From the NCBI GenBank assembly GCA_045659145.1, contig JAZOWI010000023.1, positions 3,669-67,668 on the forward strand: a stretch of 64,000 bases of DNA, read 5' to 3'. Below are positions 1 through 6,568 of this stretch, piece by piece. This stretch comes from Acutalibacteraceae bacterium (lineage in GTDB: Bacteria > Bacillota > Clostridia > Oscillospirales > Acutalibacteraceae). The notes under the pieces were generated by a model. It was not told the DNA's origin and searched no databases. It was given only the letters and a program-made list of their open reading frames with translations. Made by a program: the position numbers and the translations under genes. Every line of letters starts with the position of its first letter. Position 1 is the first letter of the stretch.

Positions 1-134
1 AGCCCGTGGCGGTTAGCAAAATCCACACAGTAATCACTGATTCGCGCCGTGTCACCGGAGCCGTGAGGAATGGCACAGATTTCCTCAAAATAATGGAACA
101 CCCTAAAAGGGAGTAATTCACTCAGTTTCCCCAT
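1..134 (-). CDS. PepD-like aminoacyl-histidine dipeptidase (peptidase M20), N-terminal 44 codons only; gene runs off the left edge
   Basis: Manual reverse translation from the ATG at 132-134 gives MGKLSELLPFRVFHYFEEICAIPHGSGDTARISDYCVDFANRHG. This resembles the conserved PepD N-terminus (F..IC.IPH.S). GGGAGG RBS at 143-148, 8 nt upstream. Absent from the ORF track because it is truncated. Confidence 0.5.
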   Translation of the reverse strand, partial: MGKLSELLPFRVFHYFEEICAIPHGSGDTARISDYCVDFANRHG

Positions 135-202
135 CGGCGTTACCTCCCAAAACAGAAATTATAGGATTATTGTATCATAGTTGTCTTTGTTTAGCAAGGA
201 AT

Positions 203-244
203 AAAAAGAATTTACCCCCGAAGCATCCACGCTCCGGGGGTAAA
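203..244 (-). terminator. Intrinsic terminator downstream of the ACT-domain gene
   Basis: 10-bp stem TTTACCCCCG (211-220) / CGGGGGTAAA (235-244). On the minus strand it is followed by a T-rich run (complement of 203-210). Confidence 0.55.
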
Positions 245-255
245 GCCAGTCACCT

Positions 256-687
256 TTACAGTTTGTCTACGTCTTCATCGGTGATGAGATGGAATCCTGC
301 CGCCTCCAACGCCGCCTCCGCAGCAGCGTTATCCGCCACACGCAGCACCACGTACGCGTGCTTCTCGGTGCGGGCCATAAAAGCATAGAGGTATTCCATA
401 TTAATGCCGGACTCATCCAACACCTGTAACGCTTTGGACAGTTTACCGGGGGCATCGCCGATCTTGACACCCACCACCTCGGTAATCTTAATTAGATAAC
501 CTTGCTCACTCAGCGTGTTGTAAGCGGTCTCATTATCGTTGACGATAAGCCGCAGAATACCGAAATCACGGGTATCCGCGATAGACAGAGCGCGCAGATT
601 CACATTGTGACCAGCCAAGGTTTCGGTGATATTCACCAGGGTGCCCTGCTTATTCTCCACGAATACAGTCAATTGTTTTAACGACAT
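256..687 (-). CDS. Stand-alone ACT-domain protein (two ACT-like halves)
   Basis: MSLKQLTVFVENKQGTLVNITETLAGHNVNLRALSIADTRDFGILRLIV is a typical ACT fold signature. The ATG at 685-687 has a GGGGAG RBS. The track start at 711 is a TTG overlapping the paaK stop and is less likely. The position 20 nt after paaK matches the common paaK-ACT gene pair. Confidence 0.85.
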   Translation of the reverse strand: MSLKQLTVFVENKQGTLVNITETLAGHNVNLRALSIADTRDFGILRLIVNDNETAYNTLSEQGYLIKITEVVGVKIGDAPGKLSKALQVLDESGINMEYLYAFMARTEKHAYVVLRVADNAAAEAALEAAGFHLITDEDVDKL

Positions 688-707
688 AACTGTTCTCCCC
701 TTTCTAA

Positions 708-2018
708 TCAATCGTGCAATTTACGCTTATCAATGACGCGGACCGCCTTGCCTTCACTGCGGACAATGCTCTTGGGTGCCACCAGATGCACCTTGGGATT
801 GATGCCCAACATAGTCTTCATAGCATCCGCCAACGCCCGCTCCTGCTCAGTGACACCGCTGACGGTATCGGTGAACTTATCAGGATTCATCTCCACATTC
901 ACATCGAAGGTGTCGTTATTGCCCACACGATCCACCACAATCTGGTAGTTGGGCTCATAGCCGTCTTTCAGCAGGACCGTCTCGATCTGGCTGGGGAACA
1001 CATTCACACCGCGGATGATCATCATATCGTCACTGCGACCCATAGGTTTCGCCATCTTGATAAGGGTACGTCCGCAGGAGCATTTCTTACGGCTGAGCAC
1101 ACAGATATCACGGGTGCGATAACGAAGCAAAGGGAACGCTTCTTTGTCCAAGCTGGTGAACACCAATTCACCCTTACTTCCCTCCGAGAGCACCTCTCCC
1201 GTATCGGGATCGATGATCTCCGCCAAGAAGTGATCTTCATTGATATGCATACCCGACTGTTCACAGCACTCAAAAGAAACACCGGGGCCGGAGGTTTCGG
1301 TTAATCCGTAAATGTCGTACGCTTTAATGCCCAGCGTTTTCTCAATGTTTCTACGCATCTCCTCAGTCCAGGGCTCGGCACCGAAAATACCGGCTTTCAG
1401 CGGAATCTGATCCGGTACAATGCCTTGTTCTTTGATATACTCACCGATATAAGCGGCATAAGACGGGGTGCAGCACAAAATGGTTGCAGACAGATCCTGC
1501 ATAAACTGCACCTGACGCTCTGTGTTGCCGGAAGACATAGGCAGAGTCAAGGAGCCTACCTTATGAGAACCGCCGTGCAATCCGGCACCGCCGGTGAACA
1601 AACCGTAACCATAGGCCACCTGCACCACGTCCTCTTCGGTGCCGCCAGCTGCCACGATAGCGCGGGCACAGCAATCCTCCCACAGATCAACATCGTGCTG
1701 GGTGTAGAATGCCACCACACGGCGACCGGTGGTGCCGGAGGTAGACTGAATACGGACACAGTCTTTCAGCGGTTTACCCAGCAGCCCGTAGGGATAGGCA
1801 TCTCGCAGGTCTGCCTTGGTTAGAAAGGGCAATTTGTACAGATCTTCGATACCATGGATGTCGTCGGGAGTAACCCCCTTCTCCTCCATCAACGCGCGAT
1901 AGTAAGGGACGTTATCCCATACATGCTTGACCTGCTTAATCAACTTTTCAGACTGGAGCTTTTTGATTTCTTCCACGGGCATGGTTTCAATTTCTTTTTG
2001 ATAATAGCGCTGTTCCAT
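708..2018 (-). CDS. paaK: Phenylacetate-CoA ligase (PaaK family adenylate-forming enzyme)
   Basis: 436 aa. The N-terminus MEQRYYQKEIETMPVEEIKKLQSEKLIKQVKHVWDNVPYYRALMEEKGVTPDDI..LPFLTKADLRDAYPYGLL, the STSGTTG P-loop and the YGLTE motif are characteristic of PaaK. AAAGGA RBS. Confidence 0.9.
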   Translation of the reverse strand: MEQRYYQKEIETMPVEEIKKLQSEKLIKQVKHVWDNVPYYRALMEEKGVTPDDIHGIEDLYKLPFLTKADLRDAYPYGLLGKPLKDCVRIQSTSGTTGRRVVAFYTQHDVDLWEDCCARAIVAAGGTEEDVVQVAYGYGLFTGGAGLHGGSHKVGSLTLPMSSGNTERQVQFMQDLSATILCCTPSYAAYIGEYIKEQGIVPDQIPLKAGIFGAEPWTEEMRRNIEKTLGIKAYDIYGLTETSGPGVSFECCEQSGMHINEDHFLAEIIDPDTGEVLSEGSKGELVFTSLDKEAFPLLRYRTRDICVLSRKKCSCGRTLIKMAKPMGRSDDMMIIRGVNVFPSQIETVLLKDGYEPNYQIVVDRVGNNDTFDVNVEMNPDKFTDTVSGVTEQERALADAMKTMLGINPKVHLVAPKSIVRSEGKAVRVIDKRKLHD

Positions 2019-2065
2019 TTGTTTTCATCCTTTCTGCAAGTAAAAATGGGGCGCGCGAAGTGCAG

Positions 2066-2342
2066 ATAAACAAAAACGTCCTCTGCATTCCCCTGTCGGA
2101 ATACAGAGGAAGAGAAAAATCCCGTGGGACCACCTCTATTTACCGCCATCTCACGATAACGGCCTCCGAGTGCTGACACACCCTTGTCGATGTAACGGTC
2201 GAACCCGTTTAGCCTACACAGTTTCCCTTCAACTAACAACTCACGGAATGAATTCACCGACTTTACACTGCTGCATTCCACCAACCGCAACTCTCTGAAA
2301 GTGATATTTTCGGATACTGGTTTCCGTTCAAACGTCTTTACG
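2066..2342 (-). promoter_or_regulatory. T-box riboswitch leader, specifier UUC (Phe), with terminator/antiterminator
   Basis: Read on the minus strand. The specifier loop is ACCAGUAU / UGAA-UUC-A (UUC at 2250-2252). AG bulge AGAGAG (2291-2296). Distal loop GGUUGGUGGAAU (2275-2286). F-box CCGUUA (2193-2198). T-box AAAUAGAGGUGGUCCCACGG (2121-2141). 12-bp terminator stem (2080-2109) plus U-run. AGAGG of the T-box can pair with CCUCU of the terminator 5' arm. Confidence 0.8.
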
Positions 2343-2348
2343 GATAGT

Positions 2349-2377
2349 ATTCTAGCACTGATTTTTGAGAAAGTCAA
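2349..2377 (-). promoter_or_regulatory. Sigma-A type promoter driving the T-box/paaK/ACT unit
   Basis: TTGACT (complement of 2372-2377), a 17-nt spacer, then TAGAAT (complement of 2349-2354). It lies immediately after the iorB stop codon. Confidence 0.7.
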
Positions 2378-2394
2378 TAGTTTTGGGGGGAGAT

Positions 2395-2973
2395 TTATGC
2401 ATTGTATCCCAGATCGAAAGCTTTTTTATTCATCTCTACAAACTTCGGTGCCACTGTATTCTCAATAGCACTAATCCAGCGTTCGTAAGGGATATCAAAA
2501 CACTTAGCAGCACGCCCCATCAGCACAATGTTTACTGCTTTGGACGAACCTGCCTGCTGAGCCAGAGCCAGCGCATCCAGTGCATCCACCTGCAACCCTT
2601 TGCCGGTCAGTTCGTCCAGCACCCCCTCCGGATAAGTGGCGGCACCGATAATCACCGGCATAGGATCGATCTGCTGGGTGTTGACGATGATGCGTCCATC
2701 CTTATTCAGATACTTGGCATAGCGAGCCGCCTCCAATTTCTCAAAGGCGATGATCACATCTGCCTCTCCTTCTGTGACGATGGGAGAATACACCTTATCA
2801 CCGAAGCGCACGTAGGTGACTACCGAGCCGCCACGCTGACTCATACCGTGAACCTCACTGACCTTCACGTCATAACCCTCATCCACCAAAAGACGACCCA
2901 ACAGTTTAGAGGCCAGCAGACTACCCTGCCCGCCCACACCGACGATCATCACACTTGTGGTTTTCATAGTCAT
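2395..2973 (-). CDS. iorB: Indolepyruvate/arylpyruvate ferredoxin oxidoreductase, beta subunit
   Basis: 192 aa. MIVGVGGQGSLLASKLLG nucleotide-binding-like motif and the size and position after iorA are typical of IorB. The start could be the ATG at 2973 or 2967 (AAGGAGG RBS 4 or 10 nt upstream). Confidence 0.88.
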   Translation of the reverse strand: MTMKTTSVMIVGVGGQGSLLASKLLGRLLVDEGYDVKVSEVHGMSQRGGSVVTYVRFGDKVYSPIVTEGEADVIIAFEKLEAARYAKYLNKDGRIIVNTQQIDPMPVIIGAATYPEGVLDELTGKGLQVDALDALALAQQAGSSKAVNIVLMGRAAKCFDIPYERWISAIENTVAPKFVEMNKKAFDLGYNA

Positions 2974-2982
2974 CTTTCCTCC

Positions 2983-4707
2983 TTACACGATCGCATCAAA
3001 GGCGCACAGTTGTTTACACACACCGCAACCCACGCACAGAGTGGCATCCACCACAGCCTTGCCATCCTTCATGCTGATGGCAGGGCAGCCAAGGGTCATA
3101 CACCGCTTGCAGGACTTACACTTATCGGCTTCCACTTTAAGTGGCGGCAACGCCTTCACCGATTTTAAAAGCACACAGGGGCGGCGGGAAATGATCACCG
3201 AGGGCTCCTCAGTGGCCAACTCTTCCTTAATCGCCGTGTCGCAGGCTTTCAGGTCGTAAGGATCCACCACGCGGACACGGTTGATGCCCAACGCCCGACA
3301 CAACGCCTCCAAATCTACCTTAGCGGCAGGATCGCCCTTAATATTAAAACCGGTGGTGGGATTATGCTGATGTCCCGTCATACCGGTAATGGAGTTATCC
3401 AGAATGATGACCGTAGAATTAGTGGCGTTGTAAGCCACATTCACCAGACCGGTCATACCAGAATGCATAAAGGTGGAGTCTCCGATAACCGCCACCGATT
3501 TACCCTCAGCTTCGGCACCGCGCGCCAGATTGAAGCCGTGCAGACCCGATACCGAAGCACCCATACACAGAGTGGAATCCAAGGCGTTGAGGGGCGGCAC
3601 CGCGCCTAGGGTATAACAGCCGATGTCACCTAAGGTAGTGATCTTGTTCTTCGCCAGCGTGTAGAACAGACCACGATGGGGACAACCGGCACACATCATA
3701 GGCGGACGGTTAGGAATGGGCGAATCCGCGCTGACACATGCCTTTGCTTCTTTCCCAAAGGCCTCGGCAACGGTCTGCTGAGAGAACTCACCCAGCAGGG
3801 AAAATTGCTCCTTACCCACCACATCTAACCCTAAGGCACGCACGTGGTTCTCAATAAAAGGATCCAACTCCTCAACAACGTACAGTTTTTTCACCTTGGC
3901 GGCGAATTCCTTAATAAGTTCTACCGGTAAAGGATAGGGCATACCGATCTTGAGAATAGAAACCGTATCACCCAGCGCCTCTTTTACATACAAATAGGAA
4001 CTGCCGGAGGTGATGATGCCGATCTCATCGGAGTGCATCTCCACTGTGTTGAAGGCACAATCTTCTGCCAACTGACGCAACGCCTCGGTGCGCTGTTCCA
4101 CCACAGGATGACGCTTGATGGCATTGCCGGGCATCATTATGTATTTCTGGGGATTCTTAACATATTCCTTAATAGGAGCCGCTTCCCGCTCTCCCACCTC
4201 CACAATGGACTGACTGTGGGCAATACGGGTGCACATACGCAGCAGCACGGGCGTATCGTATTCCTCAGACAACTGAAAGGCTGCCTTGGCATAGGCATAG
4301 GCCTCCGCCGAGTCCGCCGGTTCCAGCATCGGCACCTTCGCTGCCATCGCATAGTGGCGGCTGTCCTGCTCATTCTGGGAAGAGTGCATAGCCGGGTCAT
4401 CCGCCACGCAGATGACCATACCACCGGTGACACCGGTATACGACAAGGTGAACAGCGGATCCGCCGCCACATTCAGGCCCACGTGCTTCATGGCGCAGGC
4501 CGAACGGGCTCCCGCCAAGGAGGCACCGAAGGCCACCTCGCAGGCCACTTTTTCATTGGGGGCCCACTCGCTGTGAATATCCTCATATTTCGCCAAGAAC
4601 TCGGTGATCTCTGTGGAGGGGGTGCCGGGATAGCTGGACACCACCTGCAAACCGCCGTCATACAGACCGGCGGCTACCGCTTGGTTACCAATCATTAATT
4701 TCTTCAT
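2983..4707 (-). CDS. iorA: Indolepyruvate/arylpyruvate ferredoxin oxidoreductase, alpha subunit (TPP plus 2x[4Fe-4S])
   Basis: MKKLMIGNQAVAAGLYDGG..YPGTPSTEI, the TPP motif GDSTFMHSG, and C-terminal ferredoxin motifs CKSCKRC..GCP and CVGCGVCKQLC. The start is trimmed to the ATG at 4705-4707 because the 54-codon track extension overlaps the upstream gene. Confidence 0.9.
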   Translation of the reverse strand: MKKLMIGNQAVAAGLYDGGLQVVSSYPGTPSTEITEFLAKYEDIHSEWAPNEKVACEVAFGASLAGARSACAMKHVGLNVAADPLFTLSYTGVTGGMVICVADDPAMHSSQNEQDSRHYAMAAKVPMLEPADSAEAYAYAKAAFQLSEEYDTPVLLRMCTRIAHSQSIVEVGEREAAPIKEYVKNPQKYIMMPGNAIKRHPVVEQRTEALRQLAEDCAFNTVEMHSDEIGIITSGSSYLYVKEALGDTVSILKIGMPYPLPVELIKEFAAKVKKLYVVEELDPFIENHVRALGLDVVGKEQFSLLGEFSQQTVAEAFGKEAKACVSADSPIPNRPPMMCAGCPHRGLFYTLAKNKITTLGDIGCYTLGAVPPLNALDSTLCMGASVSGLHGFNLARGAEAEGKSVAVIGDSTFMHSGMTGLVNVAYNATNSTVIILDNSITGMTGHQHNPTTGFNIKGDPAAKVDLEALCRALGINRVRVVDPYDLKACDTAIKEELATEEPSVIISRRPCVLLKSVKALPPLKVEADKCKSCKRCMTLGCPAISMKDGKAVVDATLCVGCGVCKQLCAFDAIV

Positions 4708-4724
4708 ATCTATGTACCTCTCTG

Positions 4725-6362
4725 TTACGACTTGTTCTGGAAGTCCACCAAACCTTCTCCGCCGTACATCTTGCGCAGACGGGGTTTTTCGATCTTTCCG
4801 GTGGGGTTGCGGGGCACATCCGCGAAGATGATACGGCGCGGGCGCTTGTAGCGAGGCAGGTCCAAACAAAACTCGTTGATCTCCTCCTCTGTGCAGGTCA
4901 TATCCTTCTTGATCTCGATGATCGCCGCAGCGATCTCGCCCAAGCGGGGATCCGGCAGACCGATGACCGCCACATCCTTGATCTTGTTGTGGGCCGCGAG
5001 GAAGTTCTCGATCTGTACCGGATACAGATTCTCACCACCGGTGATGATGACGTCTTTCTTACGGTCTACCAGATAGACAAAGCCGTCCTCGTCCTGCATC
5101 GCCATATCACCGGTAAACAGCCAGCCGTCCCGCAGGGTGTCGGCGGTAGCGGCGGCATCCCGATAGTAGCAAACCATCACACCGGGACCTTTGAGGCACA
5201 ATTCGCCCACGGCGCCCTGCGCCACTTCCTTGCCCTCAGGGTCCACGATCTTGATCTCCCAACCGTAGCCGGGGATACCGATGGCACCCACCTTGTGCAC
5301 ATTTTCCACACCCAAGTGCACAGCACCGGGGCCGATGGACTCGGATAGGCCGTAGTTGGTATCGTACTGCTGGTCAGGGAAATATTCCAGCCAACGCTTG
5401 ATAAGGCTCTGGGGCACCGGCTGGGCACCGATGTGCATCAGGCGCCACTGTTGCAGGTCAAAGTCTTTTAAGGACAATTCGCCGCTGTCCAACGCATTAA
5501 GGATTTCCTGTGCCCACGGCACCAATAACCACACGATGGTGCATTTCTCCTGACTGGTGGCGGTGAGAATGTGATGGGCCTTGGCGCCCTTGAGAATGAC
5601 CGCCTTAGAGCCCGCCAACAAACTGCCGAACCAATGCATCTTGGCACCCGTATGGTACAGAGGCGGAATACAGAGGAAGCAATCCTCACGGGACTGACCG
5701 TGGTGTGCCTGCTCTACCCGACAGGAGTGGATGAGACTGCGATGCTTGTGCAGGATGGCCTTGGGGAAACCCGTGGTACCCGAGGAGAAATAGATGGCGG
5801 CATCGTCCTCCTCCTCTAATGTGCAAGAAGGGAACATCCCCGAACACTCGGAAATAAGGTCGTTGTAATCATCCGCAAAAGCGGGACAGCCTGCGCCGAA
5901 GTAGATCAGGTTGCATCGCTGACCAATCTTGTCCGCCACCGCCTCCACACGACCGATGAACTCGGTGCCGAAGATGAGCACGTCCGCCTCAGCCAGTTCC
6001 AGACAGTAGTCGATCTCATCCGACGAATAGCGATAGTTCAGCGGCACCGCCAGAGCGCCCGTCTTCAATATACCGAAATAGATAGGCAACCAGTCAATGC
6101 AGTTCATCAGCAGGATGGCCACTTTCTTGCCCTTGCCGATGCCGTTCTGCTTTAACATATTTGCCAGACGGTTGGCCTTTTCGTTGAACACCTCCCAGGT
6201 GATCTCCCGACGGTAATGTCGGGCGCGGGGGGTGGATTCCACCAATTCATATTCATGCCACGTGGACTTGCGGGTCTCCGGCTGTTCAGGGTTGATTTCC
6301 ACCAAAGACACGTCCTTAGCATAGTCCTTCGCGTTTCTCTCCAATAAATGTACAATGGTCAT
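4725..6362 (-). CDS. AMP-dependent acyl-CoA synthetase/ligase (ANL superfamily), substrate unknown
   Basis: AMP-binding motif YFSSGTTGFPKA, plus YGLSE and GWLFTGD..DGF.Y..DRKKD motifs. The ATG at 6362 has a GAGGAG RBS 6 nt upstream. Confidence 0.85.
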   Translation of the reverse strand: MTIVHLLERNAKDYAKDVSLVEINPEQPETRKSTWHEYELVESTPRARHYRREITWEVFNEKANRLANMLKQNGIGKGKKVAILLMNCIDWLPIYFGILKTGALAVPLNYRYSSDEIDYCLELAEADVLIFGTEFIGRVEAVADKIGQRCNLIYFGAGCPAFADDYNDLISECSGMFPSCTLEEEDDAAIYFSSGTTGFPKAILHKHRSLIHSCRVEQAHHGQSREDCFLCIPPLYHTGAKMHWFGSLLAGSKAVILKGAKAHHILTATSQEKCTIVWLLVPWAQEILNALDSGELSLKDFDLQQWRLMHIGAQPVPQSLIKRWLEYFPDQQYDTNYGLSESIGPGAVHLGVENVHKVGAIGIPGYGWEIKIVDPEGKEVAQGAVGELCLKGPGVMVCYYRDAAATADTLRDGWLFTGDMAMQDEDGFVYLVDRKKDVIITGGENLYPVQIENFLAAHNKIKDVAVIGLPDPRLGEIAAAIIEIKKDMTCTEEEINEFCLDLPRYKRPRRIIFADVPRNPTGKIEKPRLRKMYGGEGLVDFQNKS

Positions 6363-6397
6363 AACGAACTCCTCAAACATAAAAAACTACAACTCAT

Positions 6398-6426
6398 ACT
6401 TTACCACTTTAAAGCGCGTATGTCAA
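6398..6426 (-). promoter_or_regulatory. Sigma-A type promoter for the acyl-CoA ligase-iorAB operon
   Basis: The minus strand reads TTGACA-17 nt-TAAAGT (complement of 6421-6426 and 6398-6403). The spacer contains CGCTTTAAAGTG. Confidence 0.6.
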
Positions 6427-6440
6427 CCTTAAACTGCCTG

Positions 6441-6476
6441 TTTTTTGCGATTTTTTGAAGTTTTTTACAATTTTTT
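6441..6476. repeat. Four phased T6 tracts (10-bp period)
   Basis: TTTTTTgcgaTTTTTTgaagTTTTTTacaaTTTTTT, with tracts starting at 6441, 6451, 6461 and 6471. Confidence 0.9.
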
Positions 6477-6486
6477 CAAAAACCTA

Positions 6487-6515
6487 TTGACATATTCGCT
6501 TTAAAGTGGTAAAGT
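6487..6515 (+). promoter_or_regulatory. Sigma-A type promoter for the Na+/solute symporter gene
   Basis: TTGACA (6487-6492), a 17-nt spacer, then TAAAGT (6510-6515). It is a near-identical inverted copy of the 6398-6426 promoter. Confidence 0.6.
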
Positions 6516-6568
6516 GTGCTTAATCGATTTTTCGCTTTAAACCATTAAATCAGAAAGGCGGATACAAA

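Noticed and set aside
1940-2377. 145-aa minus-strand ORF filling the iorB-paaK gap
   Set aside because: The region contains a promoter and a complete T-box leader with terminator. The ORF overlaps the paaK start and has no RBS. It is interpreted as non-coding regulatory RNA.
4708-4869. 54-codon N-terminal extension of iorA in the ORF track
   Set aside because: The extension overlaps the 3' end of the acyl-CoA ligase gene and is Arg/Pro-rich. The conserved IorA N-terminus starts at MKKLMIGNQAVA (ATG at 4707).
6363-6568. Looked for a second T-box or other riboswitch upstream of the acyl-CoA ligase-iorAB operon and the symporter
   Set aside because: The leaders are only ~30-50 nt after the predicted -10 boxes and contain no T-box, terminator or antiterminator elements. 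Regulation there appears to be operator-based.
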